A stretch of DNA of 58,277 nucleotides from a virus (Duplodnaviria > Caudoviricetes): the IMG/VR virus record IMGVR_UViG_3300025018_000174, positions 1 to 58,277 of that record; one strand, 5' to 3'. Position numbers and translations under genes: made by a program. This document shows positions 9,697 through 18,407 of the stretch, in pieces (positions within the stretch are counted from its first letter, which is position 1; each line of letters opens with the position of its first letter). The notes beneath the pieces are model-generated. The model did no database searches and was not told the DNA's origin. It saw only the letters and a program-made list of their open reading frames with translations.

Positions 9697-10523
9697 CACC
9701 TCTGGGCAGCCCGCCTGCCCCCTCGCCCCTGCCCAGGGGAACGGCCCAGCAGGACTTCGCCTTCCTGCTGGGCCAACTTGTATCCGCGCCTCAAGCCCTA
9801 GTTAGCTATCTGGAGCACGTTGGCGCGGGTAAGTCTCTGCGGCAAGTTGCTAGGGAAATGAAAGTCTATCCTTCCACGGTCTTGCGGCAGGTTAGACGGA
9901 TGGAAAACTTGCGGGACCATCCATACGCGGACTTCCTCCTGGAAAACTGGGTGGCAGCCTGGGCCAATAACACGACAGAGGGGCTCGACCTGGGAGCAAG
10001 CTGGGTATTGAAGTCCATTCTGATCCAAGCAGCGCCAGCGGGGTATATTATGAAGCTTGGAAATGGGAAAGCAGAGCACGTGATCAACTTGCCAGTGCCT
10101 CCGTGGTTCAAGCCTCGCGAAACTAACCGCGAAGCCGAAATGGCCATCACTCGTGCATGGCAACAGGCTTCGGTCGGCCAGCATTCCTATGAAGATCGGT
10201 TCGGAAAGCACCATCGGGCTGCCGGGGCCAAATTCCGCTTCCTTGATGAGTTCAGGGGCATTGCTCTGGAAATGCGGGCTGGCTTCGTGGCTATGCTGGA
10301 AAATCCGGCTCAGCCTCCGGAGACCAATGAATACACGGCCCGGTTCCAGACCCTGCGCAGCTTCTTGGGTGACGAGGCCTACATGGCCCTGTTCTACTTC
10401 CTCTATGAGGACTATGGAATGGAGCAACTCGAGAAGAAAATGGGATGGTCGTCGCGTTCGGCCAAAGTCGTGATGCGGATGCTTCTGCCGTTGGCCCACA
10501 AGTTCTTGATGGTTCGAACGTAG
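9693..10523 (+). CDS. gafA: GafA-like (HTH + DUF6456) transcriptional activator
   Basis: YLEH..G.SLRQVAR....PSTVLRQVRR.E..RD.P at the N-terminus and GMEQLEKKMGWSSRSAKVV at the C-terminus, as recalled for RcGTA GafA. Confidence 0.72.
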   Translation: MTPLGSPPAPSPLPRGTAQQDFAFLLGQLVSAPQALVSYLEHVGAGKSLRQVAREMKVYPSTVLRQVRRMENLRDHPYADFLLENWVAAWANNTTEGLDLGASWVLKSILIQAAPAGYIMKLGNGKAEHVINLPVPPWFKPRETNREAEMAITRAWQQASVGQHSYEDRFGKHHRAAGAKFRFLDEFRGIALEMRAGFVAMLENPAQPPETNEYTARFQTLRSFLGDEAYMALFYFLYEDYGMEQLEKKMGWSSRSAKVVMRMLLPLAHKFLMVRT

Positions 10524-10532
10524 CTCTTCTAG

Positions 10533-10563
10533 GGTTTTAGTTCTCTGCTCTTCGGTTCATATT
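10533..10563 (+). promoter_or_regulatory. Sigma70-like promoter
   Basis: GG-TTTTAG-N17-CATATT. Confidence 0.4.
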
Positions 10564-10614
10564 GAAAGAGTGAAGAGCATGACGCTCCACAGAACATGTC
10601 CAAGGAGAAATGAG

Positions 10615-11280
10615 ATGAAACTGCAAGGCACCATGTCGAAGCTGATGGAACAAGTCTTTAAGCCGATCGACACCGTGGTCTGGGACCTGTCGACCAACAA
10701 GACCGGCATCAAGGCCGCCGATGGTATCTACACCCTCGGCGAGGATGGCACGATCGAGATGAACCCGTTCGACGGTTTCTCGATGGAGCTTCCGGCGTTC
10801 AGCCAGCTGGTTCCGATCGAACAGGTCAAGAATGGTGATGTGATCGTGTCGGGCGGCAAGGCCACCGGCTGGGTTCTCGAAGCGACGAGCCAACGCACGG
10901 CGACGGATGGCGAAGGCCATGAAACCGAAGTGCCGCTGGGCAAGAAATCCATCACCGCGATCAGCCTGCAAGGCCACGTAACCCGGTTCCGGCCGAAGAA
11001 CGTGTCGATGCTGGGCATCAAGAATGGCATCACCGTCGTCCGCTCGCCGTTGTCCTTCGGCGGGGGCGAAGGGGGCCTGGCTTCCGGGACCGACGGCCTT
11101 TCGGCTCTGCTGCCGCTGATGCTTCTCGGCGGTTCCGGCACCGGCGGCGGTCAGACGGACATGAAGTCCATCATGATGCTGTCCATGCTCGGCAACGGCA
11201 GCCTTCTGGGCGGTGCGCAGATGAACCCGCTCGTCATGATGGCACTGATGGGCGACGGCGGCCCTTTCACGAACCGGTAA
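10615..11280 (+). CDS. Hypothetical protein with Gly/Met-rich C-terminus
   Basis: AAGGAG RBS; GC-rich third codon positions; downstream hairpin. Confidence 0.75.
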   Translation: MKLQGTMSKLMEQVFKPIDTVVWDLSTNKTGIKAADGIYTLGEDGTIEMNPFDGFSMELPAFSQLVPIEQVKNGDVIVSGGKATGWVLEATSQRTATDGEGHETEVPLGKKSITAISLQGHVTRFRPKNVSMLGIKNGITVVRSPLSFGGGEGGLASGTDGLSALLPLMLLGGSGTGGGQTDMKSIMMLSMLGNGSLLGGAQMNPLVMMALMGDGGPFTNR

Positions 11281-11372
11281 CGACCTCGACTGGACGGCGG
11301 GTTACTCAGCCCGCCGCTCTGTCGCTGCCGTATGGAAATGAGAAGGCCCGACGTCATGTCGAGAACTATGGC

Positions 11373-11954
11373 ATGGGCGTTGAAGGCTTGGCAAATCTCG
11401 ACTATGCCAAGCTGGAAAAGCGGGTCATGGCTCAGCTGTCCGAACAAGACTGGCTGGAGCATATCATGCGGGGTCACTGCGCCCTGACTGACATGCCCTT
11501 CACCGCTCTTGGCCAGCTGACCCCGCGTGGCGCTGACGGGCCGACCTATCATGAGCTTGGTGAGTTCCTGACGGGTAATGGCACTGTGTCTCTGTTCCGC
11601 GATGCCCCGCTGAAGATCGTGGGCAACAGCTACCGTGGAGCCGAGGCACAATCTGCCCTGCGGAACAAGAACGCCAACAACCGGGTCCTGGTAATCCGCG
11701 AGCCTGCCAATCCGCATGACAAGAATGCCTTGGCTGTGTTGGTCGCTCGCGGTCGTGCCGGTCTGGGGTGTGCCAGCTCGAAGTATGACTGGGTTCATGT
11801 CGGGTATATCCCGCGTGACGTGGCTGCTCAGCTTGCCCCGAAATGGCCGCACATGCATGGCGTTCCGGTCATTGCCGAAGGCACTCTGGCCTCGGCTCCG
11901 GCCCATGAGCGCGATCCCAAGATCAAGCTCACAGGTTGGCGCTTGTATCACTGA
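11373..11954 (+). CDS. HIRAN-domain protein
   Basis: IVGNSYR, REPANPHDKNALAV and VGYIPR motifs. Confidence 0.8.
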   Translation: MGVEGLANLDYAKLEKRVMAQLSEQDWLEHIMRGHCALTDMPFTALGQLTPRGADGPTYHELGEFLTGNGTVSLFRDAPLKIVGNSYRGAEAQSALRNKNANNRVLVIREPANPHDKNALAVLVARGRAGLGCASSKYDWVHVGYIPRDVAAQLAPKWPHMHGVPVIAEGTLASAPAHERDPKIKLTGWRLYH

Positions 11955-11956
11955 AA

Positions 11957-11990
11957 GCCGGTTTACCCCGGGCGTTGCTCGGGGTAAGCT
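11957..11990 (+). promoter_or_regulatory. Sigma70-like promoter
   Basis: GCCGG-TTTACC-N17-TAAGCT. Confidence 0.65.
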
Positions 11991-11996
11991 TAACAA

Positions 11997-12111
11997 GTGA
12001 ACTTAGACGGTCAGCCCCTCCGCCCGCCATTAGCTGGGTCCTAATTGTTGGGGAAAGCAGCAGCGAGGTGACGCTGCCCTGGGCCTTAGGTGGCTGGCCT
12101 TCTAAGTTCAC
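11997..12111 (+). ncRNA. Candidate structured RNA or polymerase leader domain
   Basis: Starts at the predicted +1; gtgaacttaga pairs with tctaagttcac, then ggtcagcc/ggctggcc; internal hairpins. Confidence 0.45.
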
Positions 12112-12227
12112 GTGCCGTTATGACCTAGCTGGGTTGGCTATGATGGTTGTGGCGCATTGCGCGTGAGCTCGGCCGGGGCGCTTTGGACATGGGGCGCTCC
12201 GGCCACCTTATTACAGCGAGAGGGCAC

Positions 12228-14510
12228 ATGATTACTGGCGACTTCGAAACACGGTCGGCCTGTCCGATCAAGGCAGGTGCTTGGGCGTATTCCGAACACC
12301 CGTCCACGCAAATCCTGTGCTTCTGCTGGTCATATGACGATGATCCGCTCGAGGAAGTCCATGTCTGGCACCGAGCGCATCCGGCCTTTGGCATTGAGCA
12401 AAGCCCGTTCCCGCAAGAGCTTGCTGATCGTGTGGCTGCTGGTGAAATCTTCGAAGCCCACAACTCCTTCTTTGAATTCTGCATTTGGAACCATGTATTC
12501 CGCAAAGAGTGCCCCGGCCTTCCGGAGCTCAAGCTGGAAAACATGCGGTGCACTGCCGCCAAAGCTGCGTCCTTCTCACTGCCTCGTGCCCTCGAGAACG
12601 TGGTGAAAGTGCTGAAGCTGGCAGAGCAGAAAGACATGGAAGGTTCTGCGGCCATGATGCGGCTTACCAAGCCTCGCAAGCTTCGGGTCGCGGAGCGCAA
12701 GCGCCTTATCGCTGAAGGGATCAATCCTGATACCTACTGGGACTTCCCCGAGAGCGAGGAAGACATTCGGCGGAACTGGTCTTACTGCCAGCAAGACGTG
12801 CGAGCTGAAGAAGGGCTGTCCAAAGTCCTGCGTGATCTTGGCCCTGAAGAACTTGCCTACTGGCAGATGGATCAGCGGATGAATGCCCGCGGCATCTACT
12901 GTGACATGTCCGCGGTTCTCATCGCCGTGAACATGGCCACCGAAGAGCGGGATCGGCTGAACGGCATTCTCAAGGATATGACTGGCGGGTATGTGCCAAA
13001 AGGCTCCAGCCGGAAGAAGCTCGTCGAATGGGTAAACAGCCAAGGCGTGCCGCTCGAGAATACTCGCAAAGAGACACTCGACGCGCTCCTGGGGGGAGGC
13101 GGTGACGACGAGGAAGCCGACGATAGTGATGACGATACCGGTGGCACCGAGGACGCGGCAGAAGACGCAACGACCATCAATATCGAGCTTCCACCACATG
13201 TCCGTCAAGTCTTGGCCATTGCCAGGGACGTGAACCGTTCTTCCCTTGCCAAGTATCAGCAGATGATCCTCCAAGTCTCGTCGGGCAACCGCCTGCGGGA
13301 CATGATGCTTTATTGCGGAGCAAGTCGCACAGGTCGCTGGTCCGGCAAAGGCGTTCAGCCCCACAACTTCATTCGCGGCTTCTCCAAGGAAATGGAGGAA
13401 GCTTGGCAAGACATCATGATGGACGACCCCGAGGCCCTGCGCCTGCTTTGGGGCTCGGTTATGGAAGTCCTGTCCAAAGCTACTCGAGGCGCCATGACTG
13501 CCTCGCCCGGCAAAGACCTGATGGTCGCTGACTTTGCGGCCATTGAGGCTCGGGTGCTGATGTGGCTGGCAGAAGACGAAGAAGCTCTGGGCGTCTTCTA
13601 CCGGGGCGAAGACATCTACCTTGAGATGGCCACCGCTATCTTTGGGTATCCCTGCAACAAGAAAGAACACCCCTTTGAGCGCCAAGTGGGCAAGCAGGCC
13701 GTTCTCGGCCTAGGCTACCAGATGGGCGCTGAGAAGTTCATGGATACCTGTCACAAGTATCCCGAGCTGGCTCACCTGCGTCTTGACTTCCTCGAAAAGG
13801 TTGTGAAGATTTACCGCAAGGACAAGTTCCCCAATATCGTGTCCTTCTGGGATGAGCTGAACCAAGCCGTCATTCAGGCGGTGGAAGCCTATGACCCGGC
13901 AACCATGTCTCGTGGCCCGGAAATCAAGTGCCGGCGCGTGTCGTGTTTTATGTGGGGCCAGTTCCTACATATCCGGTTGCCCTCAGGGCGCCTGCTCAGC
14001 TACTTCCGGCCTCAGATCAAGACGCGGGTGTCGTGGCGCTTCCCGGCAATCCGCAACAGTGACGGCGAAAAGTCTTGGGCCTTGGCTACCGTTGACCCGG
14101 GCGTGTCCGAAGCAGTGGCCCGATCGGCCGCGGCTCGCGTGGCCAAACTGGCAGACAAGACCATGGTGCCAAATGGCCGACCGGCGGTTCATGAGAACAA
14201 GGTCATGTCCTTCTGGCTGGAAGACAGCAAGACAAGGCAGTGGACCCGCAAAGCCACCTATGGTGGCGAGCTGGTGGAAAACATCACTCAGGCTACTGCC
14301 CGCGATCTTATGGCGGCGGCAATGTATAGGGTCGATCAGCACCCCGACTATGATATTCTGCTTTCCGTGCACGACGAACTCATCGCAGAATGTGATGCGG
14401 GCACTGGTGACGTGAAGGAATTTGAAGCGCTGATGGCAGAGACGCCCGATTGGGCCGAAGGCTGTCCGGTCGCGGCAGAAGGGTGGAAAGGCAAGCGGTA
14501 TCGTAAGTGA
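12228..14510 (+). CDS. polA: Family A DNA polymerase
   Basis: DFET exo I, EAHN..FE, RTGRWS, motif A ADFAAIEARV, motif B RQVGKQAVLGLGY, motif C VHDEL. Confidence 0.95.
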   Translation: MITGDFETRSACPIKAGAWAYSEHPSTQILCFCWSYDDDPLEEVHVWHRAHPAFGIEQSPFPQELADRVAAGEIFEAHNSFFEFCIWNHVFRKECPGLPELKLENMRCTAAKAASFSLPRALENVVKVLKLAEQKDMEGSAAMMRLTKPRKLRVAERKRLIAEGINPDTYWDFPESEEDIRRNWSYCQQDVRAEEGLSKVLRDLGPEELAYWQMDQRMNARGIYCDMSAVLIAVNMATEERDRLNGILKDMTGGYVPKGSSRKKLVEWVNSQGVPLENTRKETLDALLGGGGDDEEADDSDDDTGGTEDAAEDATTINIELPPHVRQVLAIARDVNRSSLAKYQQMILQVSSGNRLRDMMLYCGASRTGRWSGKGVQPHNFIRGFSKEMEEAWQDIMMDDPEALRLLWGSVMEVLSKATRGAMTASPGKDLMVADFAAIEARVLMWLAEDEEALGVFYRGEDIYLEMATAIFGYPCNKKEHPFERQVGKQAVLGLGYQMGAEKFMDTCHKYPELAHLRLDFLEKVVKIYRKDKFPNIVSFWDELNQAVIQAVEAYDPATMSRGPEIKCRRVSCFMWGQFLHIRLPSGRLLSYFRPQIKTRVSWRFPAIRNSDGEKSWALATVDPGVSEAVARSAAARVAKLADKTMVPNGRPAVHENKVMSFWLEDSKTRQWTRKATYGGELVENITQATARDLMAAAMYRVDQHPDYDILLSVHDELIAECDAGTGDVKEFEALMAETPDWAEGCPVAAEGWKGKRYRK

Positions 14511-16003
14511 CGGATAACTGGCCAACAGTCGATCCTACCAAGCCTCGTTGGCAGCACCAGCTAAACGAGCTGAACAAGCATGCCGAGGACAAAGCCCGGG
14601 CATTGCTGTGGGGCATGCGCACCGGCAAGAGCCGGGTGGTTGTGGACAGTGCTTGCGCCCTGCGGGATGGCTTGCGCATTCGCGGAGTTCTAGTATTGGC
14701 GCCAAACGGCGTGCACATGAACTGGGTCCGCAAACAGATTGGCTTCCACACCTGGCCCTTCATGTCTACGTCTGCCATGGCCTGGAGTTCCATGCAGGCC
14801 CGGACTGATCCAGATTGGTCGTCGCGACTGGCTCAGCTTTTCAACTCCAATTCTGATCTGAAATGGTTCACCGTGAATTCGGAGAGCCTTATCATGCCCT
14901 CAGTCCAGCAAGCCATTCGGGACTTCATAAGCTCCTGCCACGGCGAAGTGCTGGCTGTGGCAGATGAAAGCGTGGATTTTCGTTCTGCTGGCTCTAAGCG
15001 TTCAAGCTTGGCGTTCTCGCTGTTCAAGCTTATGCCCTACAAGCGCATCCTTGACGGCACGGCTCTCATGAATAGCCCCTTGCATGCCTATTCCCAGTTT
15101 AGCCTTCTTGAGCCGGGAGCACTTGGCTTTGATAACTACGGGGACTTCAAAAAGCGGTATGCCGTTTTCAAGCAAGTAAAAAACTGGAAAACCAACAAGT
15201 ATTACCAAGCCCTCGATCGGTATACCAATCTTGAGGAGCTGCGTGAACGGATTGCAGAATGGTCTTCGGTGGTGCTCCGCGAGGACTGTGACGACATGCC
15301 GGACCTGCTGCCCATCACTGTTGATGTGGAAATGTCGGAGGCGCAACGCGAAGCCTATGTCAAGCTGGTGGAGCAATATCTGCTTGAGCTGGAAGACGGT
15401 GAAATCGTCGATGCCGCCGAGGGTGGAAAACGGTCTATCAAGCTCCATCAGATTGTATCCGGGTTCATCATAGACGACTATGGTGACGTCGTGAGCATTG
15501 AGGATAACCCGCCTTTGCTTCAAGAGCTCCTGCGTCAAGCCGAGGGCACTCTGCCTGGGAAGTTCATTGTATGGTGCCGGTTCCGTGAGGACATTCGACG
15601 GGTGTCCAAAGCACTTCGTGAAGCTGGGCACAAGATCGTGGAATACCACGGAGGCGTGCCTCAGGGTGAGCGGGCAGATATTGTCGACCAATTCAACAAA
15701 GACCCGGAGACAGTTGGCCTAGTGGGTCAGCCACAAGCCGGTGGGCGAGGACTTGAACTGCCGTGTGATGCCATCATCTGGTATTCTTCTACCTATGATG
15801 CCATCATTCGCAATCAGGCAAATGAGCGGGGCACAGTTATGGGTGGGCGGTCAGTCTCGATCATTACACTGGCTACCCCTGGCACCGTTCATGACGACAT
15901 AGTTGCCAGCGCCGAAGGCAAGGTTCGGGTTGGTGACTGGATTAGTGGCACTGGCCTTCGCGACCTGCTTTTGCGAGGCCTCAAACTGAGAGAAGGGAGG
16001 TGA
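14507..16003 (+). CDS. SNF2-like superfamily 2 helicase
   Basis: MRTGKS, VADES, LDGT, GGRGL and QANER motifs. Confidence 0.88.
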   Translation: MTDNWPTVDPTKPRWQHQLNELNKHAEDKARALLWGMRTGKSRVVVDSACALRDGLRIRGVLVLAPNGVHMNWVRKQIGFHTWPFMSTSAMAWSSMQARTDPDWSSRLAQLFNSNSDLKWFTVNSESLIMPSVQQAIRDFISSCHGEVLAVADESVDFRSAGSKRSSLAFSLFKLMPYKRILDGTALMNSPLHAYSQFSLLEPGALGFDNYGDFKKRYAVFKQVKNWKTNKYYQALDRYTNLEELRERIAEWSSVVLREDCDDMPDLLPITVDVEMSEAQREAYVKLVEQYLLELEDGEIVDAAEGGKRSIKLHQIVSGFIIDDYGDVVSIEDNPPLLQELLRQAEGTLPGKFIVWCRFREDIRRVSKALREAGHKIVEYHGGVPQGERADIVDQFNKDPETVGLVGQPQAGGRGLELPCDAIIWYSSTYDAIIRNQANERGTVMGGRSVSIITLATPGTVHDDIVASAEGKVRVGDWISGTGLRDLLLRGLKLREGR

Positions 16004-16116
16004 TGTAATTGAAGGAACCGGTCACCGGGGATTTTCCACCCCATCTGACTGATCGGCTTGTTCCCCAGTCGGCAAGCCAGCAGTTGAAAGACTGGTTGAA
16101 CCGGAGCAGTTAAGCT

Positions 16117-16147
16117 GGCTTACAAGTCTATGACACTGCTCTATGTT
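16117..16147 (+). promoter_or_regulatory. Sigma70-like promoter
   Basis: GG-CTTACA-N17-TATGTT. Confidence 0.5.
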
Positions 16148-16200
16148 CAAATCATCGAAGCGACGCAATGATGTGTCACCAAACCTGAGGAGCAACTGCA

Positions 16201-16671
16201 ATGAAATCCCTTCTGACCCTGTCCCTGCTGGGTTACCTGCCAATGATCGCCTTCGCCCCCGCCGACGCTGCTGGTTCGGGCGCCGCGGCCGCCAAGCCCG
16301 CGACCCCCGCGGCTTCGACCCAGGCCAAGCCGGCCGACGCGAAGCCCGCCGATGCCAAGGCCGACGCGAAGCCCGCCAAGGACGACAAGCCGAAAGAGCC
16401 CAAGCGCGGCATCGGCACCGTGGCCATGGAAGCGATCAAGAAGGGCGCCACCAACCAGGAAGCCCTGGCGGCCGTCCGGAAGGAATTCCCGGATGCCGAG
16501 ACCACGATGGCGTCGATCAACTGGTATCGCAACAAGCTCCGCACCGACGGCGTGAACGGCTTCGACGGCAAGCCGGTGCCCTCGGCGCGCGAACAGGCGA
16601 AGGCCGAAAAGGCCAAGGCCGAAGCGATCGCCAAGGACGGCAAGGCGCCGGCGTCCGACCCGACCGCCTGA
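16201..16671 (+). CDS. Ala/Lys/Pro-rich protein with a putative HTH domain (FPDAxTT family)
   Basis: GAGGAG RBS; AKPADA repeats; own promoter and terminator. Confidence 0.8.
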   Translation: MKSLLTLSLLGYLPMIAFAPADAAGSGAAAAKPATPAASTQAKPADAKPADAKADAKPAKDDKPKEPKRGIGTVAMEAIKKGATNQEALAAVRKEFPDAETTMASINWYRNKLRTDGVNGFDGKPVPSAREQAKAEKAKAEAIAKDGKAPASDPTA

Positions 16672-16696
16672 TCCTTCAGACGGTGCTGGTGCAAGG

Positions 16697-16726
16697 AAGC
16701 CCTGGAGCAAAAGCTCCAGGGCTTTT
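16697..16726 (+). terminator. Rho-independent terminator
   Basis: aagccctggagc-aaaa-gctccagggctt followed by tt. Confidence 0.85.
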
Positions 16727-16734
16727 CCTTTAAT

Positions 16735-16765
16735 GGTTTCATCTCTGTCGTTTACGTGCTATTCT
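16735..16765 (+). promoter_or_regulatory. Sigma70-like promoter with extended -10
   Basis: GG-TTTCAT-N17-TATTCT with TG at -15/-14. Confidence 0.55.
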
Positions 16766-16797
16766 GTAATAGAAGAGACGAACACCCGGAGCTTACC

Positions 16798-17826
16798 ATG
16801 TCCATGATCGAAATCAACGGCATCTCCTTCCAGCGTGCCTACTATATGCCCGTCAGCAAAGGCCGGGCCCAAGACTCCGTCGGGCGCTACGAAGTGACGG
16901 ACCCGCCGAGTTGCGGATGGTCGTCGGTCTTTATCATCCGCCCCGATGAGACCGGCAGCAAGAAGCCGTCCAAGCGCTTGACGCTGTTCTGCCCCTACAC
17001 CATGACGGCCTACCAAATCTCGCCTTTGGCCCGCGAAATCACTCAAGTGCAGCCTGAAGAGCTTACCCCCAAGCTCATCAAGAAGCTTGGGGAAATCATC
17101 CATCGCAACTGGGCCGACTACGTGAAGTTTGGGTTCCAACGCGACTATGACGTGGCTGCGCTGGTGCTCAACCGCCTTGGCCTTACGGTTCCCACCCACA
17201 TCTCTCCGGCGGCTGAGCAGCTGGAATATGACGAGGACAATGTTCCCAATCGCCATGGCAAACCTGTGGGCGAAAAGCTCTATCGGCCGGTGATGAAGTC
17301 TTCCCGCCGTGGTGAAGTGGCTCTCTTCTTCATGGAAGAAGGTCAGAAGTCCATTCGCGAAGCAATGGCCAAGTTTGACATGAGCCGGTCGGGGGTTTTG
17401 ACCCACCTCCATGGCCTCAACAAGGATCATGGCCTTGGATACGTGCTGACCGGAGACGTGGCGACCATCATGCTTCCGCCTGGGTGCACCGATCCTTTCA
17501 TCGATGAGGCTCAAGCTGCGGAAGTCGTGGCAACCACCAAGTCGGGCAAGCCGTGTCTCCCCGAAGTGACCGATCTGCCGGCGAAAGGTAAGCGGCGTGA
17601 GGTAGCTCTCATGCTTCTCGCCGAAAGGCCTCTGGCGGAAGTTGCGGAGGCTCTGGATTGCTCGGTGTCCTCTGTCCGCTCGCATCTTCACGACCTTCAC
17701 ACCAAGCATGGATTTGGCTATGAGCTCTCTCCCGACAAGTCTCGCGGCAAGCTCTTGGTTCCGACTGGCTGGGGCACTGCTCCGGCGGAAGTCGATCCGC
17801 TTGAAGACCTCGACCCACTCGCCTAA
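16798..17826 (+). CDS. Protein with two tandem winged-HTH-like repeats
   Basis: Internal duplication R.EVAL...V..HLH.L...HG.GY.L. Confidence 0.7.
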   Translation: MSMIEINGISFQRAYYMPVSKGRAQDSVGRYEVTDPPSCGWSSVFIIRPDETGSKKPSKRLTLFCPYTMTAYQISPLAREITQVQPEELTPKLIKKLGEIIHRNWADYVKFGFQRDYDVAALVLNRLGLTVPTHISPAAEQLEYDEDNVPNRHGKPVGEKLYRPVMKSSRRGEVALFFMEEGQKSIREAMAKFDMSRSGVLTHLHGLNKDHGLGYVLTGDVATIMLPPGCTDPFIDEAQAAEVVATTKSGKPCLPEVTDLPAKGKRREVALMLLAERPLAEVAEALDCSVSSVRSHLHDLHTKHGFGYELSPDKSRGKLLVPTGWGTAPAEVDPLEDLDPLA

Positions 17827-17839
17827 GGAGCGCCCAACC

Positions 17840-18337
17840 ATGTCCGAACTTCAAACATTCTCTGTGTGGGTTGCCGCCAAGCAAGCTCACTTCATCTCGG
17901 TCTACGAGCCCATCAAACCGATGAACGTGGATGGCCCGGCCAAAGCCGGTCTGTCCTTTGAGGCTGACTGCATTCCACCAACTGTCTATGCTGAAGTGCC
18001 CGGCCTTCTGGACGTGCCACAGCGGCAACTCCGCACATATGGCCAAGAGCCTGAAGGCCCTATGACCCTTCGCGCCAATGCCTCTGCACTGGTTCAAGTT
18101 CAGCCTATGCTGCGGGATGGCTCGCGTCGAGAAGCTCTGGATCGGCTCATCTGGGAACGGCAAGCTCTGGCAGCGCTGAACACCCGTCCGGACTTTCTGT
18201 TCTACGATCGGAACCTGATCCTTGACCTGAGCTGCTACCAGTATGATACGCCTTACAAGAAGGGCTGGGCTTTGGCTCTGAGAGGCGTGACGGTCGACCT
18301 GACGGAAGAATGCCCGGCTCTGCGCAGCTTTTACTAG
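17840..18337 (+). CDS. Hypothetical protein, possible diverged DUF2815/SSB paralogue
   Basis: AAGGAG RBS; motifs resemble 9112-9696. Confidence 0.6.
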   Translation: MSELQTFSVWVAAKQAHFISVYEPIKPMNVDGPAKAGLSFEADCIPPTVYAEVPGLLDVPQRQLRTYGQEPEGPMTLRANASALVQVQPMLRDGSRREALDRLIWERQALAALNTRPDFLFYDRNLILDLSCYQYDTPYKKGWALALRGVTVDLTEECPALRSFY

Positions 18338-18347
18338 GCGAAAGCTA

Positions 18348-18378
18348 GGTTACACTGGCTGAGACAGCGTGATAAGCT
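18348..18378 (+). promoter_or_regulatory. Sigma70-like promoter of the nucleotide-metabolism operon
   Basis: GG-TTACAC-N17-TAAGCT. Confidence 0.55.
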
Positions 18379-18407
18379 GAATGCAGCGAAAGCATAGAGA
18401 GGACTTC

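Noticed and set aside
16201-16270. Signal-peptide-like N-terminus of the 16201 protein
   Set aside because: Not called secreted: the rest of the protein is paralogous to apparently cytoplasmic HTH-like proteins, so the leader's role is unresolved
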